From an uncultured Gemmatimonadales bacterium (lineage in GTDB: Bacteria > Gemmatimonadota > Gemmatimonadetes > Longimicrobiales > RSA9), in contig CAWFKH010000002.1 in NCBI GenBank assembly GCA_963816355.1, positions 32,001-96,000 on the forward strand: a DNA stretch of 64,000 bases, given 5' to 3'. The notes under the pieces were generated by a model that had not been told where the DNA came from, did not search any database, and saw only the letters and a list, made by a program, of their open reading frames with translations. Made by a program: the position numbers and the translations under genes. Each line of letters starts with the position of its first letter. Within the stretch, counting starts at the first letter, position 1. This document shows positions 39,350-49,378 of the stretch, piece after piece.

Positions 39350-40021
39350 TCAGGCGTAGGCGTACGCGCGCACCTCGATGTCGTTGTCGATCGAGGTGAC
39401 GCCGGCCGCGGCCCACGCAGCCCGCTCCGCCGCCTCCTTCTCCGGCCACGAGCGCACCGTGCCGCGGAGCGTCACCCGACCCCCCACCGCCTCGACCGTG
39501 ACGTGCTCGGCGTCGAGCTGAGCGACGCGGTGGAATGCCGCCTGGATCTTCTCCTTCACCTCGACCGGCTTGACGCGAGGCTGGACGGCGATGTTGTTGA
39601 TCACGCCCCGCACGCCGAGCAGGTCACGCACCGCGTTGTAGCCGGCGCGCTTCTGGAAATCCCACTCCACGTTGCCCTCCAGGGTGATCCACCCGCTCGC
39701 GACGGTCAGCTTGACACGATCCTTCGGCACGGACGCCGACCAGCGGAGCGCCTGCAGCGCGGATTCGGCGAGCTGTGTGTCGCTCCGCTCGCCATCGCCC
39801 CCGTCCAGGCTCACGCGCAGGTCGTTCACCACTGCCTTGACGCCAGGGATCCGCTTCACGGCCTTCTCCGCCGCACGCAGCTGCATGTACGTCGGAACCG
39901 TGCCCTTCATCGTCACGACGCCATCGTGGGTCGTCGTGATCGCGACGCCGGACGAGTCCACTGCGGTGTCGTACGCCAGCTCGTCCACCACCTCGCTCTG
40001 GAGATGCTCGCTCGTCAACAT
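39350..40021 (-). CDS. BON domain protein (three BON domains, OsmY-like)
   Basis: DGVVTMKGTV...IPGVKAVVNDL; GWITLEGNVEW...GVRGVINNI; GRVTLRGTVRSW...GVTSIDNDI. GGAGG RBS. Confidence 0.95.
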   Translation of the reverse strand: MLTSEHLQSEVVDELAYDTAVDSSGVAITTTHDGVVTMKGTVPTYMQLRAAEKAVKRIPGVKAVVNDLRVSLDGGDGERSDTQLAESALQALRWSASVPKDRVKLTVASGWITLEGNVEWDFQKRAGYNAVRDLLGVRGVINNIAVQPRVKPVEVKEKIQAAFHRVAQLDAEHVTVEAVGGRVTLRGTVRSWPEKEAAERAAWAAAGVTSIDNDIEVRAYAYA

Positions 40022-40290
40022 GGTCCCTCCTGGGCCTTCGTTGGCTCGCCCCGCTCCACCGCGTTGCGGCGATCGAGCGCGGCGGCGATCGGTCCCGTCC
40101 GCCGAGGCGGAACCGGCCACTCCAGGATGGCGCCGCGGGCAGCGGCAGGTCATCGGGCACGCACCGGGTCCTGCGGAGGGAATCCATTGACGCGGAAACG
40201 GGCTCTACCCGACAGCGGTGCGTCTACGCACCGGAGGGCGGCAGCCGGATCCCCGGCCACCGCCCTCTGATCCTCGCTGGAAGGCTTCGC

Positions 40291-40785
40291 TCAGACGTGC
40301 GCCTCGTGCGTGCGCCCGTCGTGCTTCGCCATGGTGGCCAGGAAGTCTTCCGCCCGCGTCTCGTCCTTCGCGTCGACGGCGACCAGCACGTTCCCCTCCT
40401 CGACCTGCTCGCCGTAGAACCGCGCCTCCTCCTTCTCGTACCCCGCCTTCTCCAGACCGGATGCGATGGCGCCCGATGCGCCGCCGACGACCGCACCCGC
40501 GCCCGCGCCACCGGCCACGCTGCCGAGCCAGCTCGTCAGAACGCCGGCCGTGATGAACGGACCCACGCCCGGAATGAACGCGGCCGCGATGCCCATCGCG
40601 GCGCCCGCGCCGGCGCCGATCCCTGCGCCCTTGAGCGCCGCCTCGCCCTTGCCCTCGTGCTCCTCCGCGTCCGGATGTCGCGTCACGACCGAGAGCTGGT
40701 CGTCCGACACGCCTTCGCGGCGCAGCTCGGTGACGGCCGCCTCCGCTTCCGACATATCGCCGAATACCGCTGTGATCCGTTCCAT
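40291..40785 (-). CDS. General stress protein 17M-like membrane protein
   Basis: ITAVF...AEAAVTELRREG, Gly-rich GAGIGAGAG...IPGVGPFITAG, EARFY...GNVLVAV. Confidence 0.85.
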   Translation of the reverse strand: MERITAVFGDMSEAEAAVTELRREGVSDDQLSVVTRHPDAEEHEGKGEAALKGAGIGAGAGAAMGIAAAFIPGVGPFITAGVLTSWLGSVAGGAGAGAVVGGASGAIASGLEKAGYEKEEARFYGEQVEEGNVLVAVDAKDETRAEDFLATMAKHDGRTHEAHV

Positions 40786-40948
40786 GATTCTACCTCTGCT
40801 GCAAGAGACTCCCTGCGCCGCGGGCACACGCCCGCCGCGGACGGGGCCCCCCGCTGCGCGAAGGGCGCGGCATCGCGCGAACGCGACCACCACGCCCCAC
40901 ATGAGCCGGGCAGCGGGAAATTCGGGCCCCACCAAGGCTCTTTTCAGG

Positions 40949-40964
40949 TGCAAGGGCCGTTCCG
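40949..40964 (-). promoter_or_regulatory. Putative sigma54 (-24/-12) promoter for the stress protein/BON genes
   Basis: Minus strand CGGAACGGCCCTTGCA fits the GG-N8-TTGC spacing. Confidence 0.45.
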
Positions 40965-40985
40965 CCGGAGCATCCCTCCGCCCCG

Positions 40986-41909
40986 TCAGAAATGCCAGAA
41001 GACGGAGACGATTCCCTGCTCGTAGAACAGCCTGCTGTCGCTCACCGGCATGCGCACCCCGAACCCCACGATCAGGTGCTCGTTGGAGGCGGACGGCCGC
41101 ACCTTGAGACCCGGAGTCAGGTGCACCAGCGTCGGGTCGTCGCCGCCTCCCAGCGGCGAGGAGCTGTCCAGCTCGATCAGCCCCTGCAGCCGGGGCGTGA
41201 AGTGCCGCAGCAAGGACACATTCGTCAGCAAGTCCGCGTGCCCCGGCTCGCCCTCCTCCGCCGCGGTCGGGATCGCGAAGCGTGTGAAGCCTTCCAGCTC
41301 CCAGCCTGCCTGCTGATACCCAATGTCGAGGAACGGCTCGATCGTCGTCACCGCGTGCACCGGCTCGCCGTCCCGCCTCAGCGGCAAGCCGAGCGTCGCG
41401 CCGTAGCCCAGGAGCATCCTGTGCTCCGCGAAGGCGAAATTGGCGAACTTGAAGGAGACGCCCAGCTCGCTGAAGGACTTCTCCGCCACGCCCGCCGGTG
41501 TCGCGGCCAGGTGCGCCTGGATCGGCAGCCCGGAGCCGGCCGGCTCATCGATGATCGCGGAAGGAACGAACGCGTGCGTATAGGGCGTCACGTCCATCTC
41601 GATGCTGAACGCCGGGGCGAACGCGTACTCCCCTTCGAAGACGAACGCGAGCGTCGAGCCCCGGTTGCCGTTGGCGAAGTGCGCGTCGAGGCGAAACTTC
41701 GTATCCGGCGTCACGGACTCCGCGACGAGCGGATGCGAGAAGTGGAGCGCTCCGTGGTGGTGGCCCTCGTCGCTTTCGTGACCCTCCACGTGCTCGTGCT
41801 CTTCGCCGTGCTCGTGCTCCTGCGCGGCGAGTGGGCGCGGCGAGAGGAAGGCCGACGCCGCGACCAGGGCGGCGAGCGTGCGGAGCCGGGCGGCTCGGGT
41901 CGTCGTCAT
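40986..41909 (-). CDS. Exported, probably outer-membrane beta-barrel protein with His/Glu-rich N-terminus
   Basis: Signal peptide LAA-Q, EHEHGEEHEHVEGHESDEGHHHG, LHFSHPLVAESVTPDTK, amphipathic strands, C-terminal FWHF. Confidence 0.8.
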   Translation of the reverse strand: MTTTRAARLRTLAALVAASAFLSPRPLAAQEHEHGEEHEHVEGHESDEGHHHGALHFSHPLVAESVTPDTKFRLDAHFANGNRGSTLAFVFEGEYAFAPAFSIEMDVTPYTHAFVPSAIIDEPAGSGLPIQAHLAATPAGVAEKSFSELGVSFKFANFAFAEHRMLLGYGATLGLPLRRDGEPVHAVTTIEPFLDIGYQQAGWELEGFTRFAIPTAAEEGEPGHADLLTNVSLLRHFTPRLQGLIELDSSSPLGGGDDPTLVHLTPGLKVRPSASNEHLIVGFGVRMPVSDSRLFYEQGIVSVFWHF

Positions 41910-42100
41910 GGTCTACCCTCATTCGTGGTCACTTTCGACAGCCCGCCCGCGACCGGCATCGCGACATCGTCCTCGCCGCGCTGCCATTCCCCGGTCCCGA
42001 GCTGACCGCTCGTGTTACTGCCCCGGCTGAACGGCGTTCCGTCGCTCGCCATGCCGCAATTGAAGCCACCGCCGGAGTCGAGCGACGCCAGGAGGACGTC
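41906..42100 (-). pseudogene. Degenerate RCC1-repeat gene fragment
   Basis: LDSGGGFNCGMASDGTPFSRGSNTSGQLGTG...MPVAGGL resembles one RCC1 repeat with the conserved CWG changed to SRG; no convincing start. Confidence 0.55.
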
Positions 42101-42188
42101 GGTCGCGCGCGACGGGGTCGGCACGCCACGGCCAGGCGGTGGCGGCGACGACGCACGTCGCGGCGCTCGAAGACGCGAACCCATGTTC

Positions 42189-43322
42189 TCAGCGGCCACT
42201 CTCGATCGGAAGCCGGTACAGGGAGTCCCACACCGCGAAGGCCGGCTTCGCGTGGAAGTCGGCGTCGACGATGCCCATGCGGGCGAAGTTGGAGAGGCCC
42301 GCCTCGCGGTCCGGCGGCAGGCCGAAGGTGGAGAGGTCGAGGTCGGCGTAGAAGAGGAAGACCCACGCTTCCACGTCCACGCCGTCGAGCAGCGTCGCGA
42401 TGCGGCGGAAGAAGGCCGCCTCCTGCGCGGGCGACCCTGCCGTCGCGGCCGTCGGCTCCGAGTTCCAGCCGCCTTCCACCAGCAGCAGCGGCTTGCTCGT
42501 GGCCGCGGCGAAGCGCGCGAAGAAATCGTCCGGAATCTCGGACGGGTCGTCCAGCACGAAGCCGGGGTAGGTCGACAGCCCCAGACCGTCCACGTCGAAA
42601 TCGTCGGCGAGCGCGAAGTGGTCGAGGCCGCGCGGAATACCGCCCAGTCCCCACGCCTCGTCCGCCTGGAAGGACACGAACGTGCGGGTGCCGGGCGACG
42701 CCGCGCGGATCTGCGGCGACAGCTCGTTCACCATCGCCTCGACCGCCGCGTACAGATCCGGCGGCCCCAGGTCCGCGAGCGTGTTCACCTCCGAGGCGAG
42801 CCCGAACCACTCCGGCTGGATGCGCCGCGCGATCTCGAGCGCCCACGCGTCGTGCATCGCGCGGATCTCCCGCTCTCGGATCGAGCGCCCCCGCTCCACC
42901 AGCTCCGGCGTCTCCTTCCGCCGGTCGAGACCGTCGAGGGGGTCGAGCAGGAAGATGATCCGCAACCCCAGCGCCCGCAGGAACGCCACGAGCTGCTCCC
43001 GCTCCGCCAGCGCCTCCTCCATCGTCTTCGTGCCGTCCAACAGGTCCGCCCAAGGCACCGGCTGCTGCACCACCGTCACGTCCGACACCTTCGCCAGCTC
43101 CTGCGCCGTCTGCACGATCGCGTTCGACGTCGCGCGCGGCGGCGTCGGTGCGAATCCCATCTCGTAGCTCCGCGTCGACGCCTCCGGAGCGCCCGGCTCC
43201 GCAGGCCGCGACGGATCCGCCGCCGACCCGCACGAAGCGACCGCGAAACCGCACGCGGCCGCCGTGACGAAACGGCGTACGACGGCGCCGCGCGCGGTCC
43301 TTCGCCGCGTTCGCATCGGCAT
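42189..43322 (-). CDS. Glycoside hydrolase-like lipoprotein (clan GH-A TIM barrel, family uncertain)
   Basis: VASC lipobox; GLASEVN (candidate acid/base), LGLSTYP, KPLLLVEGGW (candidate nucleophile), KPAFAVW. Confidence 0.7.
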   Translation of the reverse strand: MPMRTRRRTARGAVVRRFVTAAACGFAVASCGSAADPSRPAEPGAPEASTRSYEMGFAPTPPRATSNAIVQTAQELAKVSDVTVVQQPVPWADLLDGTKTMEEALAEREQLVAFLRALGLRIIFLLDPLDGLDRRKETPELVERGRSIREREIRAMHDAWALEIARRIQPEWFGLASEVNTLADLGPPDLYAAVEAMVNELSPQIRAASPGTRTFVSFQADEAWGLGGIPRGLDHFALADDFDVDGLGLSTYPGFVLDDPSEIPDDFFARFAAATSKPLLLVEGGWNSEPTAATAGSPAQEAAFFRRIATLLDGVDVEAWVFLFYADLDLSTFGLPPDREAGLSNFARMGIVDADFHAKPAFAVWDSLYRLPIESGR

Positions 43323-43345
43323 CTTCGCCCCTCCGGCCGGAAGAA

Positions 43346-44398
43346 TCAGCGCCCCCGCTGAAGCTGGGACGCGGGCCGCCGCGCGGCAACCGCGCTGCCG
43401 CGTCCGGCGCGCTCCGCCCGCCAGCGGTCCGCGAACGTGCGCGTCAGTTCGAGGAAACGGGCGCCGTACTCGAGCGAAGGCTCGACCTCCGTGCCCTCGT
43501 GCCACTCGTTCCAGCTCGTCACCGTCACCCAGTCGGCGCCGGCCGCCGCCGCCCACATGCGGCCGTACAGCGCGCCGTCGTCGCGCGCGAGCAGGCGCCC
43601 CGGCTGGCGGATGACGCGGTCGTCGTAGCCTGGCACCGCTGCCGCCGCGAACATGCGGCCCGCGGCGTGCTCCGCCGCCGCCAGCGTCGCCTCCTCGCCA
43701 ATGTAGCCGTCGACGTCCTGTACCGGGCCGTAGGCGAAGGTGCCGTCGAACGGCGCCGCCTGCACCGGGTCCTGCGTGTCCGCCAGCGTGAACGCGCCCG
43801 TCGCCGCGAACGCGCGGCGGAAGTCGTCCGGGCCGAAGCGCGCCATGATGCGGGTGTAGACGAAGACGACCGGCCGGCCGGCCACGCGCAGCCATACCGG
43901 GCTCGTCGCGCGCGTCTCCAGCAGCGTGCGGAAATCGGCGCGCAGCTCTTCCGCCGTGAACGGGTGCTCGATCATCGCGGCGACCGCGAAGTGCTCCTGC
44001 TCGGCCACCGCGAGAAGCACCTCCAGCGAGCGGTCCTCGAACGACGCCGGCCCCCACCACGACGCGATGAAGCCGTCGATGCCGGCGTCCTTCGCCCACC
44101 GGATGTGCTGCCGCACGATCGCCGTGTCGCGCGAGTCGTAGAGGCCGAGGACCGGCGTGTGGGCCGCGTCGTGGCGCGCCGTCTCCGGGTTCCAGTGGTA
44201 CCACCTGCCCGACGGCCCGTCCGCTCGCCCCCACCACGGATAGTAGAACGCGAGCACCCGCGGCCGCACCGGCGCCTCCGCCGCGACGTCCGGCGATGCC
44301 GGGCCCTCACCGCACGCGGCGAGGACGCCGCACGCCGCGAGCGCCGCGGATACGGCCACGATGGCGAGCGCGGCGCGGAATGCGGTGCGTAGCGTCAT
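43346..44398 (-). CDS. GH99-like endo-alpha-mannosidase/mannanase lipoprotein
   Basis: LAAC lipobox; VLAFYYPWWG, PVLGLYDSRD, AGIDGFIASWWG, PGYDD, TSWNEWHEGTEVEP. Confidence 0.87.
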   Translation of the reverse strand: MTLRTAFRAALAIVAVSAALAACGVLAACGEGPASPDVAAEAPVRPRVLAFYYPWWGRADGPSGRWYHWNPETARHDAAHTPVLGLYDSRDTAIVRQHIRWAKDAGIDGFIASWWGPASFEDRSLEVLLAVAEQEHFAVAAMIEHPFTAEELRADFRTLLETRATSPVWLRVAGRPVVFVYTRIMARFGPDDFRRAFAATGAFTLADTQDPVQAAPFDGTFAYGPVQDVDGYIGEEATLAAAEHAAGRMFAAAAVPGYDDRVIRQPGRLLARDDGALYGRMWAAAAGADWVTVTSWNEWHEGTEVEPSLEYGARFLELTRTFADRWRAERAGRGSAVAARRPASQLQRGR

Positions 44399-44535
44399 GC
44401 CCTCAGAACGCGCGCGGCCGCTCGACTGTTCCGCGGCTGCGGGCTACGGCCGCGACGCAACCGCCGCTGCGCAACCGTCGGGCCGCTTCGGTTGTCCAAG
44501 CCGCGACCACCCGTTCTCCGCTTTCCGAAAGAGCC

Positions 44536-46296
44536 ATGATGATCCTTCCGCTATTCGCGCTACTCCTCGTCCTGCTCCCTGCTCCGACGGCCGCGCGCGC
44601 CCCGACCGCCGCTCCGCCGAGCATGGCACGGCTCCGCTCCGCGGCGCCGCCGCCGCCGCGCGACACGATCGCCATCACGTTGGGCCGCGCCGCCGACGGA
44701 CTCGCCGTCGAAGTCGCCTTCACGGCCGGCGACGACGGGCGTGTCGCGCTCGACCTGCCGTCGCGCTGGGCGAGCCAGGACCGGCTCTGGGAAGACGTTT
44801 CCGGCCTGCGCGCCCTGTCGCGCGGCGCGACGATCGACGACGGCGGCGCGCCCGACCGCCGCGCCGTGCGCGCTCCAGCCGGCGCGCGCGTGCGCATCGG
44901 CTACACGCTGCGCGCCGACACGACACCGCCCGACCACGACGCCTACTTCCGCGCCTTCGTGCGGCCGGAGTGGTTCGTGCTCCTCGGCTGGAACGCGCTC
45001 GTCCTGCCTGCGCCGGCCGGCGGCGCTGCGGACGCGGGCGGGCGTGCCGCACGCGGTGAGGCGGCGGACAGCGTCGTCGTCACGCTCGACGCTTCGGCCC
45101 TCCCCGCGGCCGCGGTCTTCGCCACCAGCTTCGGCCAGGCGAGGCGTCAGCGCTTCACCACCACGAGGGCCGCCCTGCGCAACGCGCTCTTCGTCGGCGG
45201 CGACTGGCGCGCGCGGCGGCTTCCGGTGCGCGGTGGCGATGTGAGAGTTCTGACCCACGGCGCCTTCGCGATCCCGGACGACTCCCTCGCCCGCGCCGTC
45301 GCGGCCGTGCTGGCCGCCGAACGCGCGTTCTGGAACGACGCCGGCGCACAGCGCTACCTGGTCGCCACCGTCCCGAGCAGCCGCGGCACCCTCGGCGGCA
45401 CGCGCTACACCGACGGGCTGCTGCTCGACATCGACACCGCGCACGTCCTCGACGCGGACGCCCTCGCGCTCATCGCGCACGAATCCTTCCACGAATGGCT
45501 GGGCGGCCGCGCCGCGCCTGCCGACGGCCAGGAGGAGGTGCTGAAGTGGTTCACCGAGGGGCTCACCGATTACTACGCGGACCGCCTGCTCCACGACGCC
45601 GGGCTCGAATCGGACTCCGCCTTCGCGCGCGACGTCAACCGCGCGCTGCGCGACGAGGCCCTCTCCGCCTACCGCGACTCCTCGAACGCCGCCGTCGCCC
45701 GCGACTACTGGACGAACGACGCCGCCAAGCAACTGCCGTACGCGCGCGGCCGCGCCGTCGCGATCGAGCTCGACCCGGCGATCCGGACCGCGACGCGCGG
45801 CCGTCTGGGGATCGACGACGTCGTCCGCCGCATCGTCCGGGACGCCGCCACCACGCCGCTGACGCAGGCCGCCGTCATCGCCGCGTTCCGCGACGCCGCG
45901 GGCGCGGCCCTCGCGGCCCGCCTCGCCGATCGTCTCGACGGCCGCCGCGCGCCCGCGCTCGCCGCCGGGGCGCTCGGCCCCGGCTTCACTCTCGACACCG
46001 TCGACTTCGCGCCGTTCGACGCCGGCTTCGACGTCCGCGGCTCGTGGGCGCAGCGACGTGTGCGCGGCGTCGAGCCGGACGGCCCCGCGGCGCGCGCGGG
46101 CCTGCGCGATGGCATGGCGATGACGGGCGTCGACATCTCCGGCCCGGAGCACGAAGCGCGCGTACGGGTGAAGGACGAGAAGGGGGAGCGCTTGATCACG
46201 TATCGGCCGCTCGCTTCTCGACGCTACCGCATCCCTCGCTTCACGCCACGCCGACCCGATCCCGCGCTTCACCCGCGACGGCCGTCTCCGCCATGA
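44536..46296 (+). CDS. Exported M61-like zinc aminopeptidase with C-terminal PDZ-like domain
   Basis: Signal peptide; LIAHESFHEW...WFTEGLTDYY, PYARG, VEPDGPAARAGLRDG. Confidence 0.85.
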   Translation: MMILPLFALLLVLLPAPTAARAPTAAPPSMARLRSAAPPPPRDTIAITLGRAADGLAVEVAFTAGDDGRVALDLPSRWASQDRLWEDVSGLRALSRGATIDDGGAPDRRAVRAPAGARVRIGYTLRADTTPPDHDAYFRAFVRPEWFVLLGWNALVLPAPAGGAADAGGRAARGEAADSVVVTLDASALPAAAVFATSFGQARRQRFTTTRAALRNALFVGGDWRARRLPVRGGDVRVLTHGAFAIPDDSLARAVAAVLAAERAFWNDAGAQRYLVATVPSSRGTLGGTRYTDGLLLDIDTAHVLDADALALIAHESFHEWLGGRAAPADGQEEVLKWFTEGLTDYYADRLLHDAGLESDSAFARDVNRALRDEALSAYRDSSNAAVARDYWTNDAAKQLPYARGRAVAIELDPAIRTATRGRLGIDDVVRRIVRDAATTPLTQAAVIAAFRDAAGAALAARLADRLDGRRAPALAAGALGPGFTLDTVDFAPFDAGFDVRGSWAQRRVRGVEPDGPAARAGLRDGMAMTGVDISGPEHEARVRVKDEKGERLITYRPLASRRYRIPRFTPRRPDPALHPRRPSPP

Positions 46297-47707
46297 GCCA
46301 GTCGAGCACGTCGACGGCCGAGTAGCGCTCGCGCCCGGCGAGGAAGCGGTCGAGGCGCGTGAGGTCGTCGCCGCTGGTCAGGATCGGTCGCTCCGCCCCG
46401 TCCTCCCGCATCTGCGGATGGTCGACGTCCGCCATCAGCGCGTTGCACAGGCACTTGCGACCTTCGGTGTCCTCGAGGCGGCCGCCCTTCTTCACGTACG
46501 TGTCGATCGGCTCCGCCGGGCAGCGGTAGTCGATGCGGCCGTCCTCCCGCTTGTAGGCGGTCCGCAGGTAGCCGAGGTCGCAGATCCGCGAGCGACCCTC
46601 GTACTGCTCGCGCTCCGCGTTCGTCCCATGCAACTGCACCACCTTGAACGGGAACCCGGTCGGCGACGCGCGGAAGTCTGTCGTCACCTCGACGCCGCAC
46701 CCCCGCACCTGCGCGAGCGTCCGCCGCTTCAGCTCCGGCGCGATGCCGCTCTCGTCCGAGTAGGCGAAGAGGGTCCCCACCTGCACCCCGTTGGCGCCCG
46801 CCTCCAGCGCGGCGCGCAGCCCTTCCGGCGAGCCGCCTCCGCCCGCCACCCAGAACGGCAGCCCCAGCGCCTTCATCGCCTCCAGGTCCGCCTCGTCGCG
46901 CGGCCCGTACTCCGGCGCGCCCCCGCCGTCGTGCCGCCCGCGCGGAGGCGCGTTGTGGCCGCCCGCCGTGGGGCCCTCCACGACGAACCCGTCGACGCGC
47001 CCGGTCGCCTTGCGCGCCAGCATCGTCGCGAGCGAGTGCGAGGAGACGATCGGCAGGAAGCGCGGCCGCTTCAGCGTCGGCGCCGGACCCTCGAAATGCT
47101 CGGCGGGGTCGAAGCGGACCTCGACGCTCTCGCCGCGCTCCAGACCGTCGACGTCCAGCTTCAGCGACGCCGCGCGGCCTGCCGCGAACGCGTCCAGCAC
47201 GCCCGGGATCTCGCGCGGGATCCCCGCCCCCATCAGGACGTAGTCGACGCCGGCGAGCATCGCGCCGTACAGCGTCGCCAGGTTCGGGAGCTGCACCTTG
47301 GTCAGCAGATTGATGCCGACGATGCCGTCATGGCCCTCGCGGGCGAGGTGCACCTCGGCGAAGCTGGAGAGCATGGTGATCTGCTCGCGCGCGCGGCTCA
47401 CCTTCTGGCGCCACATGGAGAGCATGGAGTAGGGCGCGCCGCACGGGCGGCCCTCCGGCAGGAAGTACTTCTTGAGGGCGCGCGCGCCGACATCCGGTAT
47501 CGGGAAGCGTTCGATCGCCCGCCGCAGGCAGCCGGCGACGTCGCCATCCTGCAGTCGCCGCACGAAGACCGTGTCGATGCACGAACCGGAGACGACGCCG
47601 AGCTGGCCGTACGTGGAGACGGCACGGGCGAGCCGCCAGTTCGAAACCCCGATCCCCATGCCCCCCTGGATAACGAGCGGCAAGGTCGGTGAGAGCGCTA
47701 CATCCAT
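46241..47707 (-). CDS. Nitronate monooxygenase / FabK-like FMN enzyme
   Basis: VIQGGMGIGVS, MGAGIP, VVEGPTAGGHN, AGG, GVQVGTLF, Cys motifs CDLGYL and KCLCNAL. Confidence 0.92.
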   Translation of the reverse strand: MDVALSPTLPLVIQGGMGIGVSNWRLARAVSTYGQLGVVSGSCIDTVFVRRLQDGDVAGCLRRAIERFPIPDVGARALKKYFLPEGRPCGAPYSMLSMWRQKVSRAREQITMLSSFAEVHLAREGHDGIVGINLLTKVQLPNLATLYGAMLAGVDYVLMGAGIPREIPGVLDAFAAGRAASLKLDVDGLERGESVEVRFDPAEHFEGPAPTLKRPRFLPIVSSHSLATMLARKATGRVDGFVVEGPTAGGHNAPPRGRHDGGGAPEYGPRDEADLEAMKALGLPFWVAGGGGSPEGLRAALEAGANGVQVGTLFAYSDESGIAPELKRRTLAQVRGCGVEVTTDFRASPTGFPFKVVQLHGTNAEREQYEGRSRICDLGYLRTAYKREDGRIDYRCPAEPIDTYVKKGGRLEDTEGRKCLCNALMADVDHPQMREDGAERPILTSGDDLTRLDRFLAGRERYSAVDVLDWLMAETAVAGEARDRVGVA

Positions 47708-47880
47708 GCCGGGTTCCTCCGCCGTCGGACAGGTCGGTCGCCGCCGCGTCGCGATGCCCGACGACCGAAAGATAGCGTCGGTCGGCGGGTGGGGCGAGCG
47801 GTCCGCGACGCCCGGCGCAGGGCGGCGTTGCCCGGCCCGCGCGGGGGCGCGATCTTGGACGCCTCGAAACCCGGCGGAGG

Positions 47881-48630
47881 ATGACCATGCGAAGACGCGT
47901 TCTGTCCGCCCTGCTGTGGGTCACGTGCGGCGCCGTCGTGGTCGTCTGGACGCCCCTGCAGGCCGCGATCTTCGTCCTCACCGCGCCGTTCGACCCCGGC
48001 CGCTACGCCGCCGGCCGCTTCTTCCGCCTCGCGGCCGTCGCGATCGTGAAGCTGAACCCGCTCTGGCGCTTCCGCACCTCCGGCGTGCGCATCCACGACC
48101 CGCGCCGGCCGTACGTCGCCGTCTCCAACCACGAGTCGTTCGCCGACATCTTCCTCATCAGCCACCTGCCGTGGGAGATGAAGTGGCTCTCCAAGGAGAC
48201 GATCTTCGCGATCCCGCTCGTGGGCTGGATGATGCGCATGGCCGGCGACGTCGAGGTGCGCCGCGGCCGCGCGCGCAGCCGGGCCGCCGCGCTCGAGCAG
48301 ATCCGCGACCGCCTCCGCAAGCGCGTCACCGTCATGATCATGCCGGAAGGCACGCGCTCACCCGACGGCCGGCTGCTCCCCTTCAAGGACGGCGCCTTCC
48401 GCACCGCCATCGAGGCCGGCGTCCCGATCCTGCCGATGGCGCTCGCCGGCACGCGCGACGCCATGGCCCGCGGCTCGCTCCTCTTCAACCGCGCCCGCGC
48501 CGAGGTCCGCGTCCTCGAGCCGATCCCCACCCACGGCCTCACTCTGGACGACGTCGCCGATCTCCGCGACCGCGTACACCAGCGCATCGCCGAAGCCCGC
48601 GACCAGTTGCGCCGGGAGCTCGAGGCGTGA
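47881..48630 (+). CDS. plsC: 1-acyl-sn-glycerol-3-phosphate acyltransferase family
   Basis: NHESFAD (HxxxxD), PEGTRS, FKDGAF; GGAGG RBS. Confidence 0.92.
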   Translation: MTMRRRVLSALLWVTCGAVVVVWTPLQAAIFVLTAPFDPGRYAAGRFFRLAAVAIVKLNPLWRFRTSGVRIHDPRRPYVAVSNHESFADIFLISHLPWEMKWLSKETIFAIPLVGWMMRMAGDVEVRRGRARSRAAALEQIRDRLRKRVTVMIMPEGTRSPDGRLLPFKDGAFRTAIEAGVPILPMALAGTRDAMARGSLLFNRARAEVRVLEPIPTHGLTLDDVADLRDRVHQRIAEARDQLRRELEA

Positions 48631-48712
48631 GTCCGGTCCCGCGGCCCGGTCCCGGAGTCCGATCCCCGGGGTCCGGTCCCGGAGTCCGATCCCCGGGGTC
48701 CGGTCCCGCGGT

Positions 48713-48723
<11 letters not shown>
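48631..48723. repeat. 13-14-bp tandem array (GTCCRRTCCCGSR), about 7 copies
   Basis: gtccggtcccgcg gcccggtcccgga gtccgatccccggg ...; last copy overlaps the EVE stop codon. Confidence 0.85.
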
Positions 48724-49171
<448 letters not shown>

Positions 49172-49210
49172 CGCATCCCCCCTCTCGTGTGAATTCTCAC
49201 CGTACCATGA

Positions 49211-49315
49211 CCCCGCAGTCCAATCCCGCACTCCAATCCCGCAGTCCAATCCCACAGCCCAATCCCGCCGTCCAATCCAATCCCCGCAATCCCAACCCCG
49301 TTGTCAAATCCCCAC
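49211..49315. repeat. 13-bp tandem array GTCCAATCCCGCA, about 7 copies
   Basis: gtccaatcccgca ctccaatcccgca gtccaatcccaca gcccaatcccgcc ... Confidence 0.9.
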
Positions 49316-49378
49316 CCCTGCCGCACGTTGATAGCTCATCCGGCACTCCCCGTCCCTGAACGCGCGATCGAGAGACGC

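Noticed and set aside
49301..49378. TTG at 49301 as TonB receptor start
   Set aside because: It lies inside the 13-bp repeat array; TTG at 49379 gives a normal-length signal peptide.
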